From Fibrobacteria bacterium (lineage in GTDB: Bacteria > Fibrobacterota > Fibrobacteria > UBA11236 > JADFYW01): a DNA stretch of 64,000 nucleotides. Below the pieces are notes generated by a model, which saw only the letters and a list, made by a program, of their open reading frames with translations, was not told the origin of the DNA and did no database searches. Positions 40,158-49,888 of this stretch are shown in pieces. The stretch covers positions 32,001 to 96,000 of the forward strand of contig JBNKOC010000030.1 in the NCBI GenBank assembly GCA_050294405.1. Direction: 5' to 3'. Position 1 is the stretch's first letter, and the number at the start of each line of letters is the position of its first letter. Made by a program: the position numbers and the translations under genes.

Positions 40158-41046
40158 GAAAAGCCATCCAAAATTTTGAGCCTTGGTTCTTTCCCTTTGA
40201 ATCTACGCCCACAATACCTTTCATAGCTTCCACAAATGTCTTTACATTGTACAGTCCCAGTCCGCTGGAGGATTCTCCATTGGTGGGTCTGGAACTTAGC
40301 CTTTGAAATTGGCCAAAGGCCTTTTTTTTATCTTCCTCTGAGAGACCCTGGCCCTCGTCTTCCACAAAGACTTTGAAAAACTGGTTGGCCTCAACTTCTG
40401 AATAAATTTTAATAGTGGAGTTTTTAGGAGAGTATTTAATGGCGTTGGAAATTAAATTGGAAAGGGCATCCCGAAAAGCGATGGGGTCAAAAAGAATTTT
40501 TGGATTTTGTACACATACATAAGAGCTAAGATTAATATTCTTTCGGGCGGCTGTGGCTTCAAATATTTTAACTGTGGGAGAAATTTCCTCCTGAGGAAAG
40601 CCCTCCAAAAGATTTAATTTAAGCACTCCGTTTTCTATTCTCACAGATTCCACCAGTTCTTCTAATTGGTTTTTCATGGATTCAGATGCATCGTAGATAC
40701 ACTGCACAAATTCCTGTTGTTCATGGGGTTTAATATCTCCGTTTTGGATCATTTCTGAAATGTTGAGAATGGCCGAACAGGGGTTTTTTAAATCGTGCAC
40801 CACGGTGCCAATAAACTCATTGATTTTTTCTTTTTTGCGCAATAGCTCTTCCCGGCTTTTGATTAGTTTTTTATGCTCTTCCACCAGTTTTGCGATGGTC
40901 AGGCCAAAAACAATTCCCATTAGCTCAGGGATAATCCAAGTGCCCCATTTGGGTTCGATGTTATTGATATTCATATGGGCTAAGTTTGCCATAGTAAATA
41001 CAACCATGGATACCATTATATAAGGCAAATAAAACATGTGCTTCAT
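40141..41046 (-). CDS. Membrane-bound sensor histidine kinase
   Basis: Two TM helices, VVHDLKNP, NLISNAIKYS, DEGQG, SSGLGL. Confidence 0.92.
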   Translation of the reverse strand: MKHMFYLPYIMVSMVVFTMANLAHMNINNIEPKWGTWIIPELMGIVFGLTIAKLVEEHKKLIKSREELLRKKEKINEFIGTVVHDLKNPCSAILNISEMIQNGDIKPHEQQEFVQCIYDASESMKNQLEELVESVRIENGVLKLNLLEGFPQEEISPTVKIFEATAARKNINLSSYVCVQNPKILFDPIAFRDALSNLISNAIKYSPKNSTIKIYSEVEANQFFKVFVEDEGQGLSEEDKKKAFGQFQRLSSRPTNGESSSGLGLYNVKTFVEAMKGIVGVDSKGKNQGSKFWMAFPIQAG

Positions 41047-41099
41047 AAAGTTCGTTTTGGGACGAGCTTTATGATTTTACAACAAAAATGAAGGGGAGG

Positions 41100-42446
41100 T
41101 TATACTTTTATACTGGTATTTCTTTTCCAATTATCCCGGCTGGCTTTGAGTTGAAAATCGGCAAATTTTTGAGCTTCCAAGAGGCATTTTTCAGATTTCA
41201 GCGCCTTTTTTTGCTTTTTTGGAGCTTTTTCCAGTTGGGGAAGTAGTCCAAAATTAAAATTCATAGGCTGGAACTCAGGATTGGGAAAACTCAAATGGCG
41301 GCAAAGGGAGGCCAGGCAGGAAAATTCCGGCCAATCGATTTTATCCCCATGTAAATGGGCCAATATATTCATGGCCCCATAAAAGCCAGTGGCAATGGCC
41401 TCGGTATAGCCTTCCGCCCCTGTGATTTGTCCTGCAAAAAAGAGCTTTGTTCCGGGCATGTTAAGATAGGAGTTTAATTTTTCCGGGGAATTAATAAAAG
41501 TGTTGCGGTGCATGGCTCCCAAGCGGGCGTATTGGGCGTTGGCCAGGGCAGGTACTTTTGAAAAAATTTCTTTTTGGGTTCCCCATTTAAGGCGGGTTTG
41601 GCAGCCCACCAAATTGTATAGGGTTTTGTGTTCATTTTCTGCCCTAAGCTGAATCACAGCATGAGGCATTTCCCCGGTTTCCGGATGTTTTAAACCTATG
41701 GGGCGCATGGGTCCAAAACGAAGGGTTTCCACACCTCTGCGGGCCATTTCTTCCAGGGGTAAACATCCTTCAAAAAGCTGGCCTTTTTCAAAGGGCTTGG
41801 CTTCTACAGTATCCGCTTCTCTAAGAGCGTTTACAAAGTCTTCGTATTGTTCCTTATTAAGGGGGCAATTTATAAAATCAGGACTTTCTCCTTTTTCCCA
41901 GCGATTTTTTTCATAGGCGGCCTCCATGTTAATGGAATCCGCTTCTACCACAGGGGCTATGGAATCAAAAAAAGCCAGATGTTGGCTTCCCAATAAGTTG
42001 GACAGTTTTTTAGCCAGTGTTTCAGACGTAAGAGGACCTGTGGCCACCAATGTATATTGCTTGGGGTCTAATGAAGTGACTTCCTCCCGCAAAAATTCAA
42101 TATTTGGCTCTGCCTTTATGGCTCCATCTACCAACATACTGAATTTTTCCCTGTCTACCGTTAAGCTTTCTCCCGCCGCCACTCTGGCTTCATAAGCTAA
42201 AGGAATAAGAGCGCTATCATAAATTTCCAATTCTTTTTTTAACAGCCCATGAGCACTGGTAGTGCCTGTGCCTTTTAGGGAATTGGAACAAACCAGTTCT
42301 GCGGGCAGAGAAGTTTTATGGGCCGGCGTATTTAACCCAGGGCGCATTTCATAAAGCTTTACGGAAACTCCGGCCCTGGCTAATTGCAGGGCCGCTTCAG
42401 AACCGGCTAATCCGGCCCCAATGATATGTACTGTTTTATGTTCCAA
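41100..42446 (-). CDS. trmFO: Folate/FAD-dependent tRNA (U54-C5) methyltransferase
   Basis: IIGAGLAGSEAA, ELVCSNSL, ATGPLTS, FEGCLP, HRNTF, AGQITGAEGY. Confidence 0.95.
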   Translation of the reverse strand: MEHKTVHIIGAGLAGSEAALQLARAGVSVKLYEMRPGLNTPAHKTSLPAELVCSNSLKGTGTTSAHGLLKKELEIYDSALIPLAYEARVAAGESLTVDREKFSMLVDGAIKAEPNIEFLREEVTSLDPKQYTLVATGPLTSETLAKKLSNLLGSQHLAFFDSIAPVVEADSINMEAAYEKNRWEKGESPDFINCPLNKEQYEDFVNALREADTVEAKPFEKGQLFEGCLPLEEMARRGVETLRFGPMRPIGLKHPETGEMPHAVIQLRAENEHKTLYNLVGCQTRLKWGTQKEIFSKVPALANAQYARLGAMHRNTFINSPEKLNSYLNMPGTKLFFAGQITGAEGYTEAIATGFYGAMNILAHLHGDKIDWPEFSCLASLCRHLSFPNPEFQPMNFNFGLLPQLEKAPKKQKKALKSEKCLLEAQKFADFQLKASRDNWKRNTSIKV

Positions 42447-44057
42447 TTAGTGTCTGAAATGGCGGGTGCCCGTAAACACCATGGCGATGCCATATTTATC
42501 ACAAGTTTCTATCACCCCAGGGTCCCCTTTGGAACCACCTGGCTGAACAATATATTTAATGCCCGCTTCATTGGCGGCTTCCACGTTATCGTCAAAGGGA
42601 AAAAAGGCATCGGAAGCTAAAACCAGGTTGGCAAATACTTCCCGGGTAAATTCTTCGGGATTCTTTCCCAAGGCTTCAGCCATACGACGGGCGTTATCGC
42701 GAACTCGGGGTTGGCACAATCGCAAGTTGGAATCAATGCGGTTGGGCTGGCCGGGCCCCATACCCATTAACATGTACTGGCCGGGCTCATATTCATAGCC
42801 CATAACAATAGCATTGGATTTGGTATGTTTGCAGGCTTTCCAGGTAAATTTAGCCAGGTCGTATTTTTCTTCGGGAAAAGGGGCTTTGGTAGCGGGCTCC
42901 CATTTTTCGTGAAGAAGATTGTCTCTATCCTGCACTAACATGCCGCCAATAATATGTTTGTAAACTTTGCGGTCTTGCGCTTTATGATTTTCGCCAATTT
43001 CCAATAGCCTAATGTCTTTGCTTTTCTTTTGCAAAAACTCCAAAGCATCCGGATCAAAACCGGGGGCTAATAAAATTTCCACGAAGCGGCCTTTTAATAG
43101 TTGAGCAGTGGCTAAATCCACTTTTCGGGTAACGGCTATCACCGAGCCAAAGGCCGAAACGGGGTCTCCTTCCCAGGCCAGTTCAAAGGCTTTATTGAGG
43201 CTGTTACCGGTAGCATAGCCACAAGGGTTCGTGTGTTTTATAATGGCTACTGCGGGCTTATCCCAGAGTTCTTTAACAGCTTCAAGAGCGGCATCGGCAT
43301 CTACTAAATTATTGTAGCTAAGCTCTTTGCCGTGTAATTGTTTGGCTGTGGCAAGGCTTTCTTCCTGATCCGACTTTTTGGACTCGTAATAAAATTCCGC
43401 AGATTGATGGCTGTTTTCTCCGTAGCGCAATTTTTTGCCTGAATCAAAATGCAAATGAAGGTTGGGCTCTTCAGCAAATTTACCGGATAAATATTCGTCA
43501 ATGGCTCCATCGTATTTGGCGGTGTGGTTAAAAGTTTTTACAGCCAACTTGCGGCGTAGCTCCAGAGACGTTTCACCTTTATCGGAAATTTCATCCAGAA
43601 CCAAATTGTAATCGGCAGGGTCGGTAACCACTGTTACAAAGGCGTGGTTTTTGGCAGAGGCCCGCAACATAGTGGGTCCTCCAATATCTATGTTTTCAAT
43701 GGCGTCTTCCAGGCTAACATCGGGCTTGGCAATGGTTTCCTGAAAAGGATAGAGGTTAACTACCACAATGTCGATGAGTTCCATTTCCAGGGCGGAAATT
43801 TGTTTTATATCTTCATCCAGATTGCGGCGGGCCAAAATTCCACCGTAAATTTTAGGGTGCAGGGTTTTTACTCTGCCATCTAATATCTCGGGAGAAGAGG
43901 TATAGTCGGAAATGGACAGGGCTTTGACGTCTCCCTCATTGAGATGTTTAAGGGTTCCACCCGTACTTAAAATGCTATATCCAAAGCTTTCCAGGGACTT
44001 TGCGAAATCCAGCACTCCCTCTTTATTACTAACACTAATTAAGGCGTATTTACTCAC
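42447..44057 (-). CDS. purH: Bifunctional AICAR transformylase / IMP cyclohydrolase
   Basis: ALISVSNK, GRVKTLHP, IDIGGPTM, LRYGEN, KHTNPCG, SDAFFPF, QPGGS, TGTRHFRH. Confidence 0.97.
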   Translation of the reverse strand: MSKYALISVSNKEGVLDFAKSLESFGYSILSTGGTLKHLNEGDVKALSISDYTSSPEILDGRVKTLHPKIYGGILARRNLDEDIKQISALEMELIDIVVVNLYPFQETIAKPDVSLEDAIENIDIGGPTMLRASAKNHAFVTVVTDPADYNLVLDEISDKGETSLELRRKLAVKTFNHTAKYDGAIDEYLSGKFAEEPNLHLHFDSGKKLRYGENSHQSAEFYYESKKSDQEESLATAKQLHGKELSYNNLVDADAALEAVKELWDKPAVAIIKHTNPCGYATGNSLNKAFELAWEGDPVSAFGSVIAVTRKVDLATAQLLKGRFVEILLAPGFDPDALEFLQKKSKDIRLLEIGENHKAQDRKVYKHIIGGMLVQDRDNLLHEKWEPATKAPFPEEKYDLAKFTWKACKHTKSNAIVMGYEYEPGQYMLMGMGPGQPNRIDSNLRLCQPRVRDNARRMAEALGKNPEEFTREVFANLVLASDAFFPFDDNVEAANEAGIKYIVQPGGSKGDPGVIETCDKYGIAMVFTGTRHFRH

Positions 44058-44938
44058 TTGAAATCCTCACCAGTCAACAGTTTGTAGGCCTCTTTGTATT
44101 TGGCCACGGTTTTTTCCACAATTAAATCAGGAAGTTCGGGCCCCGGATATGTTTTGTCCCAATCCAGTCCGGATAAGTAATCTCGAACAAACTGCTTGTC
44201 AAAACTGGGTTGTTCTTTCCCTAATTCGTAGGCCGACTCGGGCCAGAAGCGGGAGGAGTCCGGGGTTAAAACTTCATCAATTAAAATAATCTCGCCATCC
44301 ACTTCTCCGAATTCGAATTTGGTATCGGCAATAATCACTCCTTTTTCGAAGGCGTAGCTACGGGCCTGGGAATATATGCTTAAGCAAAGGTCCCGCAATT
44401 TGTTGGCAACATCATCCCCAACCATTTCCACCATCTTTTCAAAAGTGATGTTTTCATCGTGGCCTGTATCCGCTTTTGCAGCCGGTGTAAACAATGGGGG
44501 ATCCAGCTTGGAGCTTTTTGGCAAATCCGGAGGCAGCTTGTGGCCACATACGCTTCCGGTAGCTTGGTAATCTTTATATCCCGAACCCACTAAATAACCT
44601 CTGGCCACGCATTCCACATCAAAACGTTTGGCTTTTTTTACTAACATGGAACGGCCCTGCAAATAGTCTTTGTATTTGTGAAGTTCGCTGGGGTAATCTT
44701 CCAGCTTATCGCTGATAAAATGACTGGGGCATTTTAATTGTTTGAACCAGAACACAGAAAGCTGGTTTAGTATGGCCCCTTTGTTTGGAATAAAGCTCGG
44801 CAAGACCACATCGTAGGCGCTAATTCTATCTGAGGCCACCATTAACAATTTGTCCCCTAAATCGTACATCTCCCGGACCTTGCCTTTGGAGAATAAGGGA
44901 AACTCAGTAATTTCAGGGATTTGTTGCCTTGCAGTCAT
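44054..44938 (-). CDS. purC: SAICAR synthetase
   Basis: GKVREMY, SDRISAYD, ECVARGYLVGSG, ADTKFEFG, DEVLTPDSSRFW, DKQFVRD. Confidence 0.97.
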   Translation of the reverse strand: MTARQQIPEITEFPLFSKGKVREMYDLGDKLLMVASDRISAYDVVLPSFIPNKGAILNQLSVFWFKQLKCPSHFISDKLEDYPSELHKYKDYLQGRSMLVKKAKRFDVECVARGYLVGSGYKDYQATGSVCGHKLPPDLPKSSKLDPPLFTPAAKADTGHDENITFEKMVEMVGDDVANKLRDLCLSIYSQARSYAFEKGVIIADTKFEFGEVDGEIILIDEVLTPDSSRFWPESAYELGKEQPSFDKQFVRDYLSGLDWDKTYPGPELPDLIVEKTVAKYKEAYKLLTGEDFK

Positions 44939-45099
44939 TGTGTAAATTCCAGGTTGTTATAAAAATCAGAGGCCACCGCTTTGGCCATCTGTTTAAGCAA
45001 GCCCCAATTTAAAAAAATTGCCTTGGGAACCGCATTCAAAAGGAAAAAAAATTAGAAGCTTTTAAATTAAGTCTCTAACCCGAGAAAAGCCTGAAAGCC

Positions 45100-45789
45100 T
45101 CAATCCATAAAATGAATGGGGCTGTTTCGTTCCATACCCAAGGCACTGCGTTCGTAAAAGTCGGCTTTTAACTGGACTTGTTCTTCCGGGCTCAGGCAAA
45201 ATTTTTCCCGCCCGTTTTTTTCCAGCCAAAGAGTTAAATAAGACATTAAAACGCCTGCACATACGGAAACATTCATGCTCTCGGTAAGCCCGAACTGGGG
45301 AATTTTAAAGTGTACATCGGCTTTGGCCAGGCTGTCCGGGTGGTTTCCTTCCGTTTCGGAGCCCAAATAAAAGGCTGTTTTTTGACTGAAATCCAGATTA
45401 AAAAGGGAATTATCGGTATTGGTGGAGGCCACGGCAATTTGGTATCCCTGGCTTTTTAGCGATTTAAAACAGTTTTCCCTTTTTTTATAACGGTACATAT
45501 CCAGCCATTTGAAGCTGCCCTTTAAAATGGTTTTTACGGTGGAATAGGAGTTGATTTCTTCAATAACATGCACATTTTGCAATCCGAAAACTTCGCAAGT
45601 TCGGATAACAGCGCTTATGTTGTGGGGATCTTTTAAATCTTCTAAAACCATAGTGAAATGTTTGGTTCTGTGAGAGACCGTTTTATCGAACTTTTCCCGG
45701 CGTTCGGGGGTTAGTTTATATGCAAACTGCTCAATAAATTCTTCTGCGCTTTTGCCCAGAAACTTGGATTGACCCATAATATTTTCCAT
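45100..45789 (-). CDS. trmH: SpoU/TrmH-family tRNA (Gm18) methyltransferase
   Basis: VLEDLKDPHNISAVIRTCEVFG, GSETEG, IPQFGLTESMNVSV. Confidence 0.8.
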   Translation of the reverse strand: MENIMGQSKFLGKSAEEFIEQFAYKLTPERREKFDKTVSHRTKHFTMVLEDLKDPHNISAVIRTCEVFGLQNVHVIEEINSYSTVKTILKGSFKWLDMYRYKKRENCFKSLKSQGYQIAVASTNTDNSLFNLDFSQKTAFYLGSETEGNHPDSLAKADVHFKIPQFGLTESMNVSVCAGVLMSYLTLWLEKNGREKFCLSPEEQVQLKADFYERSALGMERNSPIHFMD

Positions 45790-45821
45790 GGGGCCAATCT
45801 ATTAAAATACAGGGAGTATGC

Positions 45822-46646
45822 CTAATTGGGCCGAAGCTCCATTAAGGCTTTGAGTTTTTCTTTTTCGAGGTCGGTCCATTTGTGTTTACTGAGGATATCC
45901 TCTAAATTGGTTTTGTTGAGTTCTTCAGCCGAATGGACGATGTGTTCAAATACTTCCAGGATTTTATTGCGCACCACTTTTTTAAACAGGCCCATGTTCA
46001 TTATGGCATTTATGACTGCGCCTCCGGGGAATACCAATACTTTAAGGTCATATTTAATGGGGCCGCCTTCGGTTACTTCGTATTTATAGTCAAACAATAC
46101 ATCGCCCTTTAATTTCCAGGTTAAAATGGAAACCACACCAAAACCGAAATAACTCAAATGTTTGATATCCACTCCACCGGCAATTAAGTAGGCCTCTCCA
46201 GTGAGATTCGAGCCGTTGGAACCTCTCCAATATTTTCTCTGATCTCCATCCAGGTATTCGGCGCTGTATTTTGTTTTCTGGAATATGTTAACCACTTTGG
46301 CGGCCAGAGGAATGTCATTTAACAAATACTCGAATTGGGCCACTGGAATGGGCAGGGCATCTTTTACTTTATATTCCACCCGGTATTTTTGTCCAAGGAA
46401 ACCAAAAAGTTTTTGGCCCTGGTAATTTTTTATGGAGACTCCATTTTTGACCAGTACACGGGCTTCTTTGCAGCGTTCGTCATCGTAAACAATGTCTGGA
46501 ATACCGGTTTTTAAAGAGTCCGGACATTCTTTTTCCGGTGGACCTAAATCGCATTTGGCCAAAAGGCTGCAATATTCATTTTGCAGCCGGAACCCAAAAC
46601 TTAGGGAAACCAAAAAAATCAGAAGAAACAGGCCTAAGTGCTTCAT
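45822..46646 (-). CDS. Hypothetical secreted protein
   Basis: Signal peptide; four N-terminal Cys; no recognised domain. Confidence 0.65.
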   Translation of the reverse strand: MKHLGLFLLIFLVSLSFGFRLQNEYCSLLAKCDLGPPEKECPDSLKTGIPDIVYDDERCKEARVLVKNGVSIKNYQGQKLFGFLGQKYRVEYKVKDALPIPVAQFEYLLNDIPLAAKVVNIFQKTKYSAEYLDGDQRKYWRGSNGSNLTGEAYLIAGGVDIKHLSYFGFGVVSILTWKLKGDVLFDYKYEVTEGGPIKYDLKVLVFPGGAVINAIMNMGLFKKVVRNKILEVFEHIVHSAEELNKTNLEDILSKHKWTDLEKEKLKALMELRPN

Positions 46647-46666
46647 AGGCTTAGAATACCATTGTT

Positions 46667-48184
46667 TTACTGGTTTTTCAGCAAATCTTCTTCGCTAAGT
46701 TCAGTGAGCTTTCCAAATTTACTCAGGCTTTCTTCCTTTGGCCCGTTTTCAGGATTTAATATGCCTTTGGGCCCAACCACCACCACTCTGGCTTTTTCTT
46801 TTACAAAATATTTTTTAAAAGCTTCTAAAATCTCTTCTTTTGTAAGAGCGGCGATTATTTCCGGGTATTTCACAAAGTGATCCAAATCTCGTCCCCAAAT
46901 TTCACTGCGTGCAAAAATGGAAGCGGTGGCTTTTGGGCTGTCGAACATGGAGGGCAGGCTTTGAATCAATGCGTCTTTAGCGCTGCCCAGTTCCTCGTCA
47001 GTGACACCGGAATCGGCCATCTTTTCCATTTCGCTAAAACACAAATCTATGGCTCTCACACCGGATTCCACTTTGGTTTGCAAGGCAAAGCCAACTGTTT
47101 CTTCCCGGTCATAACTGCTGTTTACAAAACTGCGGACAGAATAGGCGAGCCCCTCATCAGTGCGCACTTTGGCTGTGAGGCGGGAAGTAAAGCCGCCACT
47201 GCCAAATATGTAGCTGGCAAGGCTTAGCTTGTAGTAGTCGGGATGAGGCCTTTTTACTCCGGGGAATCCCACTTTAATATTGGCTTGGGTTAAATCTTTA
47301 TCCACCAGGTAAACTCCGGCTTCCGCAGGGCCTTTGAACCCAGGAATTGAATCTTGGGCATTGGGCTTGGGAAAGTCTTTTAGCAGCTTATTGAGTTCCA
47401 CCGTCATGGAATCTTTATTGAAATAACCCGCCACAGATATAATGATTTTTTTAGAAGCAAACCCCCGTCCCACCCAGTTTTTGTAGAGCTTGGGTTTAAT
47501 GGCATTAACATCATCCACTGTCCCTAAATAGTTGGAGGGGTGCCGTCCATAGAGACTCAACTCGTAGGCTCTCGACAAAATGGATTGGGGCCTGTCAAAA
47601 CGATGTTCGATGGCTTCGATGTATTTTTTCTTTTGCAGTTTTAAAATTTCCGAATCAAAGCGGGGCTCCAAAGCGGCGGACTTCATAAGCGCCATTAAAG
47701 GTTGGGTATTTTCCTTAAGTGCGTTCAGTTCCAAATTGGCATATTGGTCGTTAATGGAAGCGTTAAGGCCCGCTGCAATAAATTCAAGGCTATCCTCCAA
47801 TTGAGAAGGGGTTAAATCCTTTGTTCCACCCGCAGGAATCAGTTGGGAGTAGACATAAATTTCAGCGGCCTCCTTGGGGTCTTTAGGCAGGTTTGAACCT
47901 GTAAAATAAAACTCCATGTGAATAAGGCCCAAACTAGTGTCGGGAACCATATATGCTATGTGGCCATTTTCCAATTCCACCCTGTAGTCTTTAGGGTGGG
48001 GAGGAATGTATTTAAAATCGGGATAGGCCAAATTTTTAAAATGGGGGACTATGTTGTTTTTGGATTTTGCAGCTTTAACAGCATCTGATTTTTTTTCAGG
48101 GGCAGCTGAACTAACCACCGGTCTGGGGTTAGGCACGCAAGCCTGTAATATTAAAAGGAAAGTTATGGTTAAAATCGTTTTCAT
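46667..48184 (-). CDS. M16 peptidase, non-catalytic subunit, lipoprotein
   Basis: Lipobox LQAC; M16 fold motifs (GGFTSRL..KVR..EGLAYS); no HXXEH. Confidence 0.88.
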   Translation of the reverse strand: MKTILTITFLLILQACVPNPRPVVSSAAPEKKSDAVKAAKSKNNIVPHFKNLAYPDFKYIPPHPKDYRVELENGHIAYMVPDTSLGLIHMEFYFTGSNLPKDPKEAAEIYVYSQLIPAGGTKDLTPSQLEDSLEFIAAGLNASINDQYANLELNALKENTQPLMALMKSAALEPRFDSEILKLQKKKYIEAIEHRFDRPQSILSRAYELSLYGRHPSNYLGTVDDVNAIKPKLYKNWVGRGFASKKIIISVAGYFNKDSMTVELNKLLKDFPKPNAQDSIPGFKGPAEAGVYLVDKDLTQANIKVGFPGVKRPHPDYYKLSLASYIFGSGGFTSRLTAKVRTDEGLAYSVRSFVNSSYDREETVGFALQTKVESGVRAIDLCFSEMEKMADSGVTDEELGSAKDALIQSLPSMFDSPKATASIFARSEIWGRDLDHFVKYPEIIAALTKEEILEAFKKYFVKEKARVVVVGPKGILNPENGPKEESLSKFGKLTELSEEDLLKNQ

Positions 48185-49656
48185 TTTTCACCTCCCTCTT
48201 CAGGCAATACCAGGCCAACAGTAGACACTTTTTTTGAAAAGTATTTTTTGCATACATCGAGCACTTGTTCCGCAGTCACTTTACTAACATTTTCGGGAAA
48301 GGTGTTTACGTATTCCCAGGTTCCCCACATTTGGTAAAAGGCAAGTTCGGTGGCCAGGTTTTCCAGGTTTTCCAATTTTCTGAGACTGGTGGCTTTCACC
48401 TGGTTTTTAACCCTTTGCAATTCCCTTTCCGAGAGTGGATTTTTTTTCAGATCTTCTAATATTTCCCATACCGCAGCTTCCACTTTTTCATGTTGGGCTT
48501 CTCCTCCCAAGTCCACTCCTATGTGAAAGGTAGAGTGGTATTTATCCACGCCATTTCCCGCATAGGCCGAAGTGGCAATACCCATTTCGGTTACCAGCTT
48601 GCGGTACAAGCGTCCGCTTTTTCCGCTTAAGGCTCCCTCTACAATATCCAGCGCATACAAATCCTTATTGGGAATCCCTGGAGTCACAAACATCAAATCA
48701 TAACGGGGCTTGGCAGAATTTTTATGGACTGTGAGCCGTTTTTCACCCACAGGTTCGGGCTCCCGGGTCACCACCTTGGCAAAATCCTCACCCCGGGGAA
48801 TATGCTCAAAATATTTGCGAATCATTTTCAGGGCGTTTTCAGGATCAAAATCGCCAGCTAATACTAATATGGCGTTATTGGGTTTGTAGTATTTGCGATA
48901 ATGTTCTTCTGCTTGTTCCCGAGTGAGGTTGGCAATGTCAGATTCATAACCAATGGTGGGAAGTCCAAAGGGGTGGGCCTCGTAAAACATGCCGCTTAGG
49001 GTTTCCCAATACCGGCCCAGGGGGCTGTCTTCATAGCGCATGCGGCGTTCCTCCATGACCACATCCCGCTCTGGGTAAAACTCTCTTAATATGGCGTGTT
49101 CCATGCGGTCGGATTCCAGCCACATAAAAAGTTCCATTTTGTTTTTTGGCAGGGTTACAAAATAAGCCGTCATGAGATCGGAAGTAAAGGCGTTAAGGCC
49201 AGTGCCTCCTTCTTTTAAATAAGTGCCCCAGAGCTCATCTTTAATAAAAAATTTGCGATGTTCGTTAAGTACTGAATCGTAAGCCGCTTTTAGCTCTGCC
49301 AGTGTTTCGCTGTCCGTGGCGGGGTCTAATTTGGCTTCGGCACTTTTTAAGCTGTCTAATAGGGGAATGTATAGGGCATCCACAGTGCTGTCGGTAATAC
49401 CCACCTTTTTAGTGCCTTTAAATAACATATGCTCCAGCATGTGAGCGATACCCGTTCTTCCAGGTCCTTCGTGCACAGAGCCGGTGGTGTAAAATAAACG
49501 GCAGGCTACTGTGGGCGCTTGTTTGTTTACATACATTAAAACTTGCATGCCATTTTCAAATTGAACATGTTGCACCTTAATTTCGGCGTTAATGTTAAGG
49601 GGAAAAAGCATCCCCAGGGCCGATAATATCCCTATCCAATTTTTTATCATTTCCAA
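48181..49656 (-). CDS. M16 zinc peptidase, catalytic subunit
   Basis: GIAHMLEHMLFKGT (HXXEH), NAFTS, ERDVVMEERRMR; ATGA overlap with the partner gene. Confidence 0.92.
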   Translation of the reverse strand: MEMIKNWIGILSALGMLFPLNINAEIKVQHVQFENGMQVLMYVNKQAPTVACRLFYTTGSVHEGPGRTGIAHMLEHMLFKGTKKVGITDSTVDALYIPLLDSLKSAEAKLDPATDSETLAELKAAYDSVLNEHRKFFIKDELWGTYLKEGGTGLNAFTSDLMTAYFVTLPKNKMELFMWLESDRMEHAILREFYPERDVVMEERRMRYEDSPLGRYWETLSGMFYEAHPFGLPTIGYESDIANLTREQAEEHYRKYYKPNNAILVLAGDFDPENALKMIRKYFEHIPRGEDFAKVVTREPEPVGEKRLTVHKNSAKPRYDLMFVTPGIPNKDLYALDIVEGALSGKSGRLYRKLVTEMGIATSAYAGNGVDKYHSTFHIGVDLGGEAQHEKVEAAVWEILEDLKKNPLSERELQRVKNQVKATSLRKLENLENLATELAFYQMWGTWEYVNTFPENVSKVTAEQVLDVCKKYFSKKVSTVGLVLPEEGGEK

Positions 49657-49888
49657 TTTCCTATTGTGGTTATTCTTGGTTTTGCCAATAAAGTCCCATT
49701 AAATTAATAATTTCTTCCCACCAGCCCTAAAAGAGTCCATCATAAATGGCGTTAAAATCAGCCATTGAAATTTGCTTGTTTCTGATTGTTATCTCTCTCA
49801 CTGACTCCCAAAACGACTCCAAGCCCGATTCATAATTTTGCCGCAAAGGCTTGGCCGGAGCTTTTGGGAGAGATAATTAAACAATGGA

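Noticed and set aside
44940..45100. Purine or ZTP riboswitch before purC/purH
   Set aside because: Consensus cores (TATAAT...GTTTCTAC; GACTGGCG...CGCCTGGGC) are absent.
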